From: an uncultured Thermodesulfobacteriota bacterium
GTDB taxonomy: Bacteria > Desulfobacterota > DSWW01
Reading direction: 5' to 3'
Assembly: GCA_964384945.1 (NCBI GenBank)
Contig: CAYLMK010000004.1
Span: 1-64,000 of the forward strand
Length of the DNA stretch: 64,000 nt
Made by a program: the position numbers and the translations under genes. Of the stretch, positions 26,257 through 36,952 are shown in pieces (position 1 is the first letter of the stretch; every line of letters begins with the position of its first letter). The notes under the pieces are model-generated. The model searched no databases. It had not been told where the DNA came from and saw only the letters and a program-made list of their open reading frames with translations.

Positions 26257-27687
26257 ATGCAAACCAGGAAGACCAAGATCGTCTGTACCATCGGCCCTGC
26301 CAGCGCATCCCGCAGGGTGCTCAAAGAGCTCCTTCTCGCAGGGATGAATGTGGCCCGATTGAACTTCTCCCACGGCACGCACGAAGATCACGGGAAGGCG
26401 CTGCTGACTGTTCGCTCCCTGTCGGAGAGGCTTGGAAGGCCCGTGGCCATTCTGCTGGACCTGCAGGGCCCCAAGATCCGGACCGGCAGGCTCGAAGGAG
26501 GGTCCGTGGTGCTCAAGGCCCGGCAGGAGTGGGTGGTCACTCCGCGGAAGATAGTCGGCAAGCCGGGGATCATCCCGGTGAGCTACCCGCGCATCGCCCG
26601 GGAACTCGCAAGAGGGGACCGGATTCTTCTCGCCGACGGCGAGATGGAGCTCGAAGTGGTCTCCAGGAAGGGGCGGGATCTCGTATGCCGCGTCCTGACC
26701 GGAGGGATCCTGGGCGAGCGCAAGGGCGTCAACCTGCCGGGCGTGAAGACCGTGCTGCCGAGCCTGACCCGGAAGGACAGGGAGGACATCCGCTTCGGTA
26801 TCGAAATGGGAGTCGACTACATGGCCCTGTCCTTTGTCCGAAGCGCAAGGGACGTACTGGCCCTGAAGCGCCTCCTGAAGGCCAGGGGCGCGAACATCCC
26901 GGTCATCTCCAAGATCGAGAAGCCGCAGGCCCTCGAAGATCTCGAGGCGATCCTGGAGGCCTCCGACGGCGTGATGGTGGCCCGGGGCGATCTCGGGGTC
27001 GAGCTTTCGCCCGAGAAGGTGCCCATCGCCCAGAAGCGCATCATCCGGCTGGCCAACGAAAAGGGCAAGTGGGTGATCACGGCCACACAGATGCTCGAGT
27101 CCATGACCGAACACGCCCGGCCGACCCGGGCCGAGACCTCGGACGTCGCCAATGCCATCCTCGACGGAACCGATGCGGTCATGCTGTCCGGCGAGACGTC
27201 GGTGGGCCGGTATCCGGCCGCCTCGGTCCGGATGATGGACCGGATCGCCCGGGAGACGGAGCGCGCGTTCCCGGCCGGCTCGATCTCGGCCCCTTCGCGC
27301 CGCGGCCAGGCCAAGGGCATCCCGGATGCCATCAGCCTTGCAGCCTGCGCCGCCGCGGACAGCCTGGGGCTCAAGGCGATCTGCTGCTTCACAAAATCGG
27401 GCTTCACCGCAGGGCTCGTCTCCAAGCACAGGCCCACGGTCCCGATCATCGCATTCACGCACGATCGGGCCGTGCAGAGGAGGCTTTCCCTCTACTGGGG
27501 GGTCAGCGCCCGAATCGTGCCCCTGAAGAGGCACACCGAGGCCATGTTCGAGGCCCTTGAGGGACAGCTTCTGCGGGAACGGATGGTCAGAACCGGGGAC
27601 GAAGTAGCCATCGTGGCCGGAATTCCTCTCATGATCGGCGGGATCGCCAACCTGCTCAAGCTCCACGTCATCGGCGAAAAGGCCTGA
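26257..27687 (+). CDS. pyk: Pyruvate kinase
   Basis: KTKIVCTIGPA...NFSHG..., the K+ and Mg2+ site motifs and 476 aa match pyruvate kinase. Confidence 0.9.
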   Translation: MQTRKTKIVCTIGPASASRRVLKELLLAGMNVARLNFSHGTHEDHGKALLTVRSLSERLGRPVAILLDLQGPKIRTGRLEGGSVVLKARQEWVVTPRKIVGKPGIIPVSYPRIARELARGDRILLADGEMELEVVSRKGRDLVCRVLTGGILGERKGVNLPGVKTVLPSLTRKDREDIRFGIEMGVDYMALSFVRSARDVLALKRLLKARGANIPVISKIEKPQALEDLEAILEASDGVMVARGDLGVELSPEKVPIAQKRIIRLANEKGKWVITATQMLESMTEHARPTRAETSDVANAILDGTDAVMLSGETSVGRYPAASVRMMDRIARETERAFPAGSISAPSRRGQAKGIPDAISLAACAAADSLGLKAICCFTKSGFTAGLVSKHRPTVPIIAFTHDRAVQRRLSLYWGVSARIVPLKRHTEAMFEALEGQLLRERMVRTGDEVAIVAGIPLMIGGIANLLKLHVIGEKA

Positions 27688-27695
27688 ACGAAACC

Positions 27696-29039
27696 GTGGG
27701 CTCGACCTCCGTCCGGACAGAGGCCCGGGACATGAATCCGGAAACCGAACCTCGCCGCTTCTACGGCTGGTGGCTCCTCTTCTTCCTGTGGGTGATCTAC
27801 ACCCTTCCGATCGGCTTCGCCTTTTACAGCCCGGTCGTCCTGGCGCCGTTCATGATTCAGGACCTGGGGTGGTCGCGAGGCCGGATCATGACCGGGGTGA
27901 CGGCCATCATGCTGGTTTTCGGGATCACCTCCCCCCTGACCGCCTGGATGATCATGCGCATGGGCGCCCGCAGGACGATCGCGATCGGGGGGTGCATCGC
28001 CGCCTCGGCCGCCTTCCTGGTGAGCCGGCTGGGCCATGTCTTCCCCCTGTTCGTCGCCTTCGGGGTCCTGCAGGGCCTGGGGGTCTCGCTTTCCGCCATG
28101 ATCCCGGTCCAGACGGTCGCGATCGCCTGGTTTCACGCCCGCCGTGCCCTGGCCCTGGGCCTCGTGTTGGGAGGAGGCGCCGTGGGAGGCTTCCTGGCGC
28201 CGCAGTTCATCAACTGGGCGGTGATCCGGGCGGGGGGCAACTGGCGCCTCGGCTTTCTGCTGATCGCGCTTGCCTCCCTGGCGGGCGCTGCGGTGGCCCT
28301 GCTGGCCGTCCGCAACCGGCCCGCGGATGTGGGCCAGCAACCGGACGGCGAGCATCCCTGGGCGCGTTCTGAAGAGGCGGCGGGCGGGCCACGCCACGCC
28401 GCCCGCACCCACCGGACGGCCGACCGGTGGACGGTTCGGGAGGCCCTGAAAACGCGCGCCCTGTGGCTGCTCATCCTGGCGATCACGGGAACCTTCTACA
28501 TGTGGCAGGTCATCGTGACGCAGGGTCCCCTCCACCTGCAGGACCGGGGCTTCGAGCCCGCCACGAGCGCCTTTCTCTACAGCCTTGCCATCGGCCTGAG
28601 CATCGTGGGCCGTTTCGCGACCGCCGGCCTGGGCGACCGGATCGAGCCGAAGATCCTCTTTGCCGCAGGCTCTCTTTGCGTGTTCGCGGGCGGGATCCTG
28701 TTCTGGTTCGTCTCCCCAAAGGCGATGTGGACCGCCTACCTCTACCCGCTGCTGGCAGGCTTCGGTTTCGGCGCGGCCTATGTCTGCATTCCGACGATCA
28801 CGGGCAACTACTGGGGGCCGGACGCCTTCCCGGGGTTGAGCGGGATCATCTCCCCCATCGCCATGCTGATCCAGGCATCGGCGGCCCCCGTTGCAGGCCT
28901 TCTTTACGACCGCGAGGGCACGTACCTGGCGGTCATGGTCATCTCCTGGCTGGCCGTCTCGGTGGGCTTCCTGGCCATGCTATTCTGCCACCCTCCGCGG
29001 CGCAGCAAAACATCGGACGGGGGGGTGGAAGCCTCATGA
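27696..29039 (+). CDS. MFS transporter
   Basis: 12 predicted TM helices and MFS signature loops (GxxxDRxGRR-like ...MRMGARRTIAIGG...). An alternative start is the MNPETEP Met at 27732. Confidence 0.8.
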   Translation: MGSTSVRTEARDMNPETEPRRFYGWWLLFFLWVIYTLPIGFAFYSPVVLAPFMIQDLGWSRGRIMTGVTAIMLVFGITSPLTAWMIMRMGARRTIAIGGCIAASAAFLVSRLGHVFPLFVAFGVLQGLGVSLSAMIPVQTVAIAWFHARRALALGLVLGGGAVGGFLAPQFINWAVIRAGGNWRLGFLLIALASLAGAAVALLAVRNRPADVGQQPDGEHPWARSEEAAGGPRHAARTHRTADRWTVREALKTRALWLLILAITGTFYMWQVIVTQGPLHLQDRGFEPATSAFLYSLAIGLSIVGRFATAGLGDRIEPKILFAAGSLCVFAGGILFWFVSPKAMWTAYLYPLLAGFGFGAAYVCIPTITGNYWGPDAFPGLSGIISPIAMLIQASAAPVAGLLYDREGTYLAVMVISWLAVSVGFLAMLFCHPPRRSKTSDGGVEAS

Positions 29040-30703
29040 GGAGGACGCATCGGTACGGCTGTCTGCCCCGGGGGCTCCACGGCGGCTCGTTATGGGTGAT
29101 CTTTGTCCTTGCGGGCCTCGCATTCCCGCCTCCGGGGCGCCCCGCGGACGAGCCGCGGACCGAACCGGCGGAGCTGCCTCTTGCCGACGATACCGACGAC
29201 GACCCGGGTCGGGGCGAGGAAGGGCCCGCGGAAGCCCTGGAAGCACTTCTGTCCGCCGCCGTCCGGGCAAGGGGAGGGCTCGACAGGCTCCGAGGAATCC
29301 GGGACGAGGTTTCGGTCACGCGCATTCTTTACGGCGATGTGTACAAGGCGGAGGTGATCTGCAAGACCTGGCGCATGGAGCCCCATTTCTTCCGGGAGGA
29401 CATGACGCGGGACGGCGTGATCCTCTCGTCGCGGCAGTACGACGGGAGGGACTTCCTCGAAGGGTACGGGGGCCGCGTCCGCTTCGGGCTGAAAAAAGAC
29501 CTCGATGCGTTCCTGGAGAACGCGGAACTCAACCGGATCTTCTCCCTGCTGCCCATAAACACGGGAGCCTGCCCCGCGCGTCTCGGCAACAGGGTCCTGC
29601 AGGACGGCGCGTGGCTGCGGGAGGTTGCCGTCGCCACTTCCGCCGGCCTGACCTGCAAGCTCTTCTTCGACGAACAGACGCGCCTCGTGACCAGGCTGGA
29701 ATACCTGGAGCGACTGCAATACGCAGACAGCCGGGAGGTCCACCCCGTCGTCACCCTCGTCGATTCCTACAGGACGGTGGATGGCGTGCTCGTTCCGGAA
29801 AGGCTGCGGATCTTTTCTCGAGATACGCTGAAGGCCGAGGTGCGCCTGATCGAGCACAACCTGAACGTCGGCTTGAACGAAGGCTTCTTCAGCCGGGACC
29901 GATTGCGGAAGGAACTGGAAGCGAACGCCAAGCGGAGAGGGGGCGTGAAGACAACCGGGCCCATCGAACAGGAATGGAAGAAGTCCGCCTATCGGAAGAT
30001 CGCCGAACGGCTTGCAACCCACGCAGCAAGCCGCTTCAGGCGAGCGGCCTCCTACGGCGATCCGAAGAGGTACCACGACCGCCTGTTCAAATCGGGCCTC
30101 TCCCTCGTGGTGGACCCCGACTACCTTCAAGACCAGGATGTGCTCGCCTTTTACGCGGAGATCCTGCCCGGGCCGGAAGGCTTCTACGAGGACTCGATCG
30201 TGCTGGCCCGCGCTCCGCACAGCGCTTCGATTTCCGGCGAACTCCTGCTCCACGAGGCCACCCACGCGCTCCTGTGCCGGGGCCGGGAATCCGAGCCGCT
30301 CGCTGTCGCGGATGACGAGTATCTCTCGTACTACCAGGCCGGCCTGTTCGCGGTCGGGAGCCTTCTCGAATCCTTTGAACGAATCGCGCTGGGCGGCAAG
30401 CAGGGACAAGACCCCCGGAACGCGCAGGAGGCCAAACGTGCCTGGCGGGCCGCAGAGCGGCGTCTCCAGCAAAGCCTCAGGGACAATCACATGACAGAGG
30501 AAGCCCTGAGGCAATTTCGGGAGTGGTGCGGCGTGGATTTCGACCTGCATCGCATCCGACACTGCTATCTCGGCCTGGGGGTTGATCCGGCGTGGATGCC
30601 GATGAGGTCCGCGGAAGCCGGCGAAAAGGGGGGTGTGTCAGGTGGGGCGCCTTTCCGCTCTGCTTTGACTCGGGGCCAACCGGTGATTACCTTCTCGGAA
30701 TAG
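29036..30703 (+). CDS. Secreted hypothetical protein with HExxH motif
   Basis: Signal-peptide-like N-terminus (LWVIFVLAGLAFPPP). LLLHEATHALL is a possible zincin motif. Start ATGA overlaps the MFS stop. Confidence 0.5.
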   Translation: MRRTHRYGCLPRGLHGGSLWVIFVLAGLAFPPPGRPADEPRTEPAELPLADDTDDDPGRGEEGPAEALEALLSAAVRARGGLDRLRGIRDEVSVTRILYGDVYKAEVICKTWRMEPHFFREDMTRDGVILSSRQYDGRDFLEGYGGRVRFGLKKDLDAFLENAELNRIFSLLPINTGACPARLGNRVLQDGAWLREVAVATSAGLTCKLFFDEQTRLVTRLEYLERLQYADSREVHPVVTLVDSYRTVDGVLVPERLRIFSRDTLKAEVRLIEHNLNVGLNEGFFSRDRLRKELEANAKRRGGVKTTGPIEQEWKKSAYRKIAERLATHAASRFRRAASYGDPKRYHDRLFKSGLSLVVDPDYLQDQDVLAFYAEILPGPEGFYEDSIVLARAPHSASISGELLLHEATHALLCRGRESEPLAVADDEYLSYYQAGLFAVGSLLESFERIALGGKQGQDPRNAQEAKRAWRAAERRLQQSLRDNHMTEEALRQFREWCGVDFDLHRIRHCYLGLGVDPAWMPMRSAEAGEKGGVSGGAPFRSALTRGQPVITFSE

Positions 30704-30735
30704 TCTTAATTCTTTCGGATGCCACGGAGAGAGGC

Positions 30736-32643
30736 ATGTACAAGAAACCGCAAATCCATCGACAGCAGAACGACAACCTGTTCGACAAGATGAAGCCCTC
30801 CATTCCCCCCAAAGGAGACCCGAACCGTCGCAAGTTCCACTTTTCCATCTGGTATTTCGTACTGGCGCTTCTTTTTTTCTCCCTCATTCACGACTACATG
30901 GCCGAAAGGCAGGTCGAGACGCTTCCCTACTCTGAATTCAAGCGATACGTGGCGGATGGCCAGGTCCGAGACCTTGTGCTCAGGCCTGAACAAATCACGG
31001 GAAGACTCGTCAGAGACCGACAGGGCCGGGAGAACCGGCCCTTTGTCACCGTCCGTGTGGACGATCCGGAACTGGTCAAGGTTCTGGATCAAAAGGGGAT
31101 CGAGTATGCCGGCCGACATGCCAGCCCGTGGCTGGCGGCCCTGTTGTCCTGGGTGCTGCCCCTGGCCCTGTTCTTCCTGGTCTGGAGATTCCTCATCGGC
31201 CGCATGGCAGGGGGCGCCCAGGGCGTGCTGTCCGTGGGCAAATCGCGGGCCAAGATCTATGCGGAAAAGGAGGTGGGGGTCACCTTTCAGGATGTGGCGG
31301 GAATCGACGAGGCCAAGCAGGAGCTCGCGGAGATCGTGGAGTTTCTCAAGACACCCGAGAAATTCACCCGACTCGGGGGCAAGATCCCCAAGGGCGTTCT
31401 GCTGGTCGGCGCCCCGGGCACCGGAAAGACCCTGCTGGCCAAGGCGGTGGCCGGCGAGTCCGGGGTTCCCTTCTTCAGCATCAGCGGGTCGGACTTTGTG
31501 GAGATGTTCGTGGGCGTCGGCGCGGCCAGGGTCAGGGACCTCTTCGCCCAGGCGAAACAGAACGCGCCCTGCATCATCTTCATCGACGAGCTCGACGCCT
31601 TGGGCAAGGCGCGAGGCATCGGAATGTTCGGGGGCCATGACGAACGCGAGCAGACCTTGAACCAGCTTCTTGTGGAGATGGACGGGTTCGACGCCAACGC
31701 GGGCGTGATCATCATGGCGGCGACGAACCGGCCCGAGATCCTGGACCCCGCGCTGCTCAGGGCGGGTCGCTTCGACCGCCACGTGGCCATCGACCGGCCC
31801 GATGTGGCAGGCCGGGAATTCATCCTGAAGATCCACACCAAGGGGGTGACGCTGGGTCCGGACGTCGACCTGGCCAAGGTGGCGGCCCTGACCCCGGGTT
31901 TCGTGGGCGCGGACCTGGCGAACCTCGTGAACGAGGCCGCCCTGCTTTCTGCGAGACAGAACAAAGACAGAGTGGAGATGAAGGATTTCCAGGAGGCGAT
32001 CGACCGGATCGTCGGAGGCCTGGAAAAGAAGAACCGCATGATCAATGCGAAGGAGAAGCGGATCGTGGCCTACCACGAGATCGGCCATGCCCTGGTCGCC
32101 ATGTCGGTCCCCACGGCCGACCCGGTCAACAAGGTCAGCATCATTCCCAGGGGAATCGCCGCACTCGGCTACACGCAGCAGATGCCCACGGAGGACCGCT
32201 ACCTCATGACCCGGCAGGAGCTTCTCGACCGGATCTGCGTGCTGCTCGGAGGCAGGGTGGCCGAGGAGATCGTTTTCGGGGACATCTCGACCGGAGCGCA
32301 GAACGACCTGCAACGGGCCACGGACATCGTCCGCAGCATGATCACCGAATACGGCATGAGCGACAGGCTCGGGTTGGTGACCTTCACACAGCAGAGGCGG
32401 CCCCTGTTCCTCGATACCGGTCCCGGCGCGGCCCCTGCCAGGGAATACAGCGAGGACACGGCCCGGGCGATCGACGAAGAGATATCCCGCTTGATGACAG
32501 AGGCCCACGAACGTGTCAGGCAGATCTTGACCGAAAAGCGCGACCAACTGGAAACCCTTTCCGCCACGCTCTTGGAGAAGGAAACGCTGCTTGGAGACGA
32601 GCTGAAGGCGCTGCTCGAACGTCCCCGCCCCGCAGCGCAGTAG
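30736..32643 (+). CDS. ftsH: ATP-dependent zinc metalloprotease FtsH
   Basis: Two N-terminal TM segments, AAA+ Walker A (GAPGTGKT), SRH, the HEIGHA zinc motif, 636 aa. Confidence 0.9.
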   Translation: MYKKPQIHRQQNDNLFDKMKPSIPPKGDPNRRKFHFSIWYFVLALLFFSLIHDYMAERQVETLPYSEFKRYVADGQVRDLVLRPEQITGRLVRDRQGRENRPFVTVRVDDPELVKVLDQKGIEYAGRHASPWLAALLSWVLPLALFFLVWRFLIGRMAGGAQGVLSVGKSRAKIYAEKEVGVTFQDVAGIDEAKQELAEIVEFLKTPEKFTRLGGKIPKGVLLVGAPGTGKTLLAKAVAGESGVPFFSISGSDFVEMFVGVGAARVRDLFAQAKQNAPCIIFIDELDALGKARGIGMFGGHDEREQTLNQLLVEMDGFDANAGVIIMAATNRPEILDPALLRAGRFDRHVAIDRPDVAGREFILKIHTKGVTLGPDVDLAKVAALTPGFVGADLANLVNEAALLSARQNKDRVEMKDFQEAIDRIVGGLEKKNRMINAKEKRIVAYHEIGHALVAMSVPTADPVNKVSIIPRGIAALGYTQQMPTEDRYLMTRQELLDRICVLLGGRVAEEIVFGDISTGAQNDLQRATDIVRSMITEYGMSDRLGLVTFTQQRRPLFLDTGPGAAPAREYSEDTARAIDEEISRLMTEAHERVRQILTEKRDQLETLSATLLEKETLLGDELKALLERPRPAAQ

Positions 32644-32713
32644 AGAACCGGGCCCCCAACGAGTTTTGCCGAGGCAGCAAGCGGGCCGAGGCTTTAGGAA
32701 CCCCTGGAAAGGA

Positions 32714-33286
32714 ATGATCTTCATGATCCCCACTCAGCTTGCCGTTCTTTCCCTCGTCTTTGGTTCTCTCCTTCCGGGATGCGGCGCAACGCATACCAGG
32801 GCATTGCCCGATCTCGCGGTGGTGCCGAAGGTGGAGATCGACCGTTACATCGGAACCTGGTACGAGATCGCCCGATACCCCAACCGGTTTCAGAAAGAGT
32901 GCGAGGCCGTCACGGCGGACTATTCGCTTCGCGATGACGGGAAGATCCGGGTGGTCAACGCATGCCGCAAGGGCGGCCTGGAAGGGCCGATGAAGCGGAT
33001 CGAGGGAAAGGCCTGGGTTGTGGACAGACAGACGAACGCGAAGCTCAAGGTCCAATTCTTCTGGCCGTTCCGGGGCTCCTACTGGATCATCGATCTCGGA
33101 AAGGACTACGAATATGCGGTCGTGGGGCACCCGAACCGCAAGTACCTCTGGATCCTGAGCCGTTCGCCGCAGATGCCGCCCGAGGTTTACGAGGCCATTG
33201 TGGGGCGTCTTCCCGCCAAGGGATACGATCCCGGCCGTCTGCAGCGAACCCTGCAGCCCCTCCCGGAAGAAAGGCCACATCCCTGA
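32714..33286 (+). CDS. blc: Bacterial lipocalin Blc (outer-membrane lipoprotein)
   Basis: Lipoprotein signal (LLPGCG). The lipocalin SCR1 motif GTWYEIARYPN. Confidence 0.8.
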   Translation: MIFMIPTQLAVLSLVFGSLLPGCGATHTRALPDLAVVPKVEIDRYIGTWYEIARYPNRFQKECEAVTADYSLRDDGKIRVVNACRKGGLEGPMKRIEGKAWVVDRQTNAKLKVQFFWPFRGSYWIIDLGKDYEYAVVGHPNRKYLWILSRSPQMPPEVYEAIVGRLPAKGYDPGRLQRTLQPLPEERPHP

Positions 33287-33331
33287 ACCGAACCGGGTGC
33301 GACGTTTGTGGATTCGCACCGAAAGGGCAGC

Positions 33332-34342
33332 CTACCTCCTCCTGCCCCGGATTCGAAGGACAATCAGGGCCCCGAGGGGGAGAAGGAACAGGCCCAGGCG
33401 CTTGCCGAGATCCGAGGCTCCGTGTACGGGGCTTCCAAGCGTGGAGGCCTCCGCGCTTCCGGCACACGTGGAGGCGCAGCCCTCATCCACCTGGCCGTAC
33501 CCGGCGTCGCCGGGGCATTGGTTGTCCAGTCCGTCGCAGATCTCGGGCGCTCCGGGGTGGATCTTCGGGGCGCCGTCGTTGCAGTCGACCGGACCGCACT
33601 CCCCGCCTTCAAGGGAGTAGCCGTCCCCGTCGCCATCCATGCAGGGAGGAGGCGGAACGTACTGTCCTGCCGCGCTGAAGATGATCCGGGTCTCCTTGGG
33701 GGGGTACCCGGTTCCAGAGGTCCAGGTAAATCGGACATTCCCCGTCAGAGTCCAAGGCTGGCTGGCGCTCACCGGGATGTCCACCGCTCGCAGCGCGGTC
33801 GGGTCGCCCAGGTTGGCGCTCGCGGAGAGATCCGCCTGTGTGACCCCGTCCAGTTGCAGGTCCGTCAGATAGACCGCACTGGAATCGACCTGCGCCGGCA
33901 GGTTGCAGTCCCAGCCTCCGGCCTGACAGGTCTTGTAGGGAACGGCAAAGCACGTGCTGACATCCGAGCCCGCGGTGGCCTTGACGTAAAGGTGCAGGTT
34001 GTTCACCGGCGAGGCGGGCGGGGCCGTCGGCGAGGTCGTACGCAGGACGCCCGAGTCGGGCGTATCCACGACCCAGGCAACCTGGCGGGTTGCCGGGTCA
34101 TAGGTCAGCGCAAAGGGAAAGGTCGTGTCCCCGTCCGCCCAGTAGACAATGCTGCACTGCAGGTCATGGAAGTACCCCGCCTCCGAGCCGTCCGCGTCGA
34201 ATACGTGGATGTCCAGATTTCGATTCCCCTGATTGAATCCATGGACCCGGGCCTCGAACAGCGTCACCGTTTCGGCAGTCGCCGGGCTCACGCCCGCCAC
34301 ACAGAATGCTGCCAGACACACGATGCTCACGACTCTCTTCAT
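33332..34342 (-). CDS. Secreted protein with Myxococcus-type cysteine-rich repeats (CDGxDNxC) and C-terminal sorting-signal-like tail
   Basis: Signal peptide (MKRVVSIVCLAAFCVAGVSPATA). DGDGDGY...CGPVDCNDG...ICDGLDNQC repeats. The C-terminus LGLFLLPLGALIVLRIRGRRR is a hydrophobic helix followed by an Arg cluster, like PEP-CTERM/MYXO-CTERM anchors. Confidence 0.6.
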   Translation of the reverse strand: MKRVVSIVCLAAFCVAGVSPATAETVTLFEARVHGFNQGNRNLDIHVFDADGSEAGYFHDLQCSIVYWADGDTTFPFALTYDPATRQVAWVVDTPDSGVLRTTSPTAPPASPVNNLHLYVKATAGSDVSTCFAVPYKTCQAGGWDCNLPAQVDSSAVYLTDLQLDGVTQADLSASANLGDPTALRAVDIPVSASQPWTLTGNVRFTWTSGTGYPPKETRIIFSAAGQYVPPPPCMDGDGDGYSLEGGECGPVDCNDGAPKIHPGAPEICDGLDNQCPGDAGYGQVDEGCASTCAGSAEASTLGSPVHGASDLGKRLGLFLLPLGALIVLRIRGRRR

Positions 34343-34717
34343 CTCCTTTTTCCTTTCTCTGATGCATGGTCGATGCTGATGACCCCTCTCTCGCACAGGA
34401 TTGTTACGACCGTTCACGCAAATCGGTTAAGAAACGACGTTTGCCGAAAAAATGGCTTGTTCTCCACGTCGGAGAGCGGCTTTTTAAGCCTTCATTTCTT
34501 TACAACAAACTATTTTTGATTGTCAACAAAGAACCGTTGTTCTACATCCTTCTAACCCGATGCTGAATCCGATAAAGACGGGCGGCATCGAAACAACCGC
34601 GGCGACGGGGCACGGCCCCTCCCCCGCGCTGAGGCCATTTGCCTTCGATCCGCGATCGTGCTTCTAATGAAGGAGGCTCGACCACCGCAACCACCCCCGG
34701 CCCGAAAGGCGACTCAC

Positions 34718-35668
34718 ATGACGAGCATCCGCGTCTCGGCCGTCCCGTTCAAGGCCGGCCCCGTGCGTTCTTTCAGCGACTTCGCCGACCATGCCGCCCG
34801 GTGCGTGGAGCAGGCCGCGGCCCGGGCCCCGGACTTCCTGGTCTTCCCCGAGCTTTTCACGGCCGAGCTGATGAACTTCTTCGACGGGCGGGACATCGTC
34901 GGGAAATTCGCACGGCTCACGAAATACACAGGGGACTACGTGAGCCTCTTCCGCGGCCTGGCCCGGGACAAGGGCTTCTACATCCTGGCGGGCTCGCACC
35001 TCACGGAATCCGGAGGCAGGTTCTACAACACGGGCCACATGTTCACGCCCGACGGGCAGGTCTGGGAACAAAAGAAGTGCCACCTCGTTCCCCTCGAGAC
35101 CGCCTGGACGACCCCCGGGGACGGGTTGCACGTGTTCGAAACCGAAAAGGTGAAGCTCGGCATCCTGACCTGCTATGACCTCGAGTTTCCGGAATCCGCG
35201 CGCCTGGTGACGCTCAAAGGCGCCGAGCTGCTTCTTTCCCCATCGGCCACCCTGGACGAGCCGGGCTACTGGCGGGTCCGACACTGCGGCCATGCACGCG
35301 CCATCGAAGACCAGGTGTACGTGGTGCATTGCAGCCTGCTGGGAAACGCGGCAGGGATTCCGTTCTGGGGGATGGCGTCGGTCCTGACCCCGTGCGATAC
35401 GGGGTTCCCGGCAAAGGGAATCGCGGCCGAATCCCCGCTGAACGAAGAGGCCGTGATCACGGCCGACCTCGACCTGGCGAGGCTTCACGAACACAGGGAG
35501 CGCGGTACCGTGACCACGCTGAAGGACCGGAGGTGGGATGTGATCGAGGCCCTGCATGCCTTCGAAGGCCGGCAGCCTGAAGGATCCAGGGCGAAAGACG
35601 CGCAGACCGAAGACCACGGGGCAGCAAGATGTGGGCAAATGGCAAGAGGCGCGCAAGGGGAGCCGTGA
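34718..35668 (+). CDS. Carbon-nitrogen hydrolase (nitrilase superfamily)
   Basis: The E-K-C triad context is present (FPELF..., ...KVKLGILTCYDLEFPE...). The start is at MTSIRVSAV. Confidence 0.8.
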   Translation: MTSIRVSAVPFKAGPVRSFSDFADHAARCVEQAAARAPDFLVFPELFTAELMNFFDGRDIVGKFARLTKYTGDYVSLFRGLARDKGFYILAGSHLTESGGRFYNTGHMFTPDGQVWEQKKCHLVPLETAWTTPGDGLHVFETEKVKLGILTCYDLEFPESARLVTLKGAELLLSPSATLDEPGYWRVRHCGHARAIEDQVYVVHCSLLGNAAGIPFWGMASVLTPCDTGFPAKGIAAESPLNEEAVITADLDLARLHEHRERGTVTTLKDRRWDVIEALHAFEGRQPEGSRAKDAQTEDHGAARCGQMARGAQGEP

Positions 35669-35749
35669 CCGACCGGCGTCGGTTTCATCCGTGATGAGCG
35701 AACGCCACCACCGTTGGGCAGAAAGGGTCCGATTTCGGTCGACCCATTC

Positions 35750-36830
35750 TCACCGCGGGGCATCGGGCTGCCGCGAAGGGGGGAATCTGCAGTCCAGGAA
35801 CTTGGGCTCGAAGATGGCTCCGATCAACAACCGGTCCCAGCGCACCGCGCCCACGGTCGAGGCCGAGATCTCTTCCCCCGTGTCGAGATAGACCTCTTCC
35901 ACGTCGTATCCCCCTGCCGCCCGCTGGCCGAGGCGGAGCACCTGGGAGGGCGAGAGCGACCCCGGGTCTTTGAAGTGCTTCGCTGCCGTGAGAAGCTTTG
36001 GATGCGCCCCGATCCACAGGTCCCCTCCCGCACCCACCTCGACGTTGTCCACGCCGGTATGCAGCTCGATCTTCTCGCGATGCGAGAGCCGGCCCGATGC
36101 GGGGTCGCGGTCATAGACGCGAACGGATCCCTCCGTGAGGGCGCAGACGTAGAGCAGCTTCCCGTCGGGGCTTACGTTGATTCCGTTGGCGTACCCGATC
36201 CCCGACGCAGCCCGGACGAACTCCGACCCGTCAAAGAACACGATGTTCGAAAGGCGAAGCCGCAGGTAGTCCTCCAGGGTCCGCTTCCACCCGGAAGGGA
36301 ACCGGTGGTCGTTCGTGACGTAAAAGGAATCAGGGCCCACCCCGACGATGTCGTTCGGGGAGACGAGGATGGGGGAGATGAGGGTCTTCCTGTGAATCAA
36401 CCGCTCCCCCTTCAGGTCGTATATCTCGATGCGGTGCGATCCGCCCTGGTGGTTGATGACGAACAGGACGGCCGGGCCCGCCTCCCCCACGAAGAGACTC
36501 AGGCCGTGGGGCCTGAAATCAGGGTCCGCCTCCGGGGTCAGGTTGACGGTGGGGCTGGCGACCGCGTTCAGGTCGTAGGCGTAGATCGCCCCGCTGCCGG
36601 GCCTGCCTTGCTGCACGGCCCTGCGGTCACAGCTCGACACATAGGCGATCCCTGTTCCCGGGTGAATCGTGATGTCTTCCGGCCCGACGACACCCACCAC
36701 CGGCTCGCACCTGCCCGAGAAATGCGGCTCGATCGTCCTGAACTGCCCGGCCTCCCGGTAGAGATGAAAGATCCAGGCGGCGCCGAGGATCAAGAGAACT
36801 ACCAGTGCGATCACGAGGCGTTTCGTCATG
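35750..36830 (-). CDS. SMP-30/gluconolactonase/paraoxonase-like beta-propeller protein (membrane-anchored)
   Basis: N-terminal TM helix (LVIALVVLLILGAAWIF). Repeated propeller blades resemble arylesterase or strictosidine-synthase-like proteins. Only the 3' ~360 codons of the 719-aa track ORF are gene-like. Confidence 0.55.
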
Positions 36831-36952
36831 GCCCGTCCTCCTGCCCATTTTGTGAAGTATGCCGGATCCCTGTATAACACACCCTCGTTGACTCGACCAA
36901 GTCCAGGTTCTAAGATCCTCGAAACCCTTGCCATCGACCCGTTCCCGCTGAC

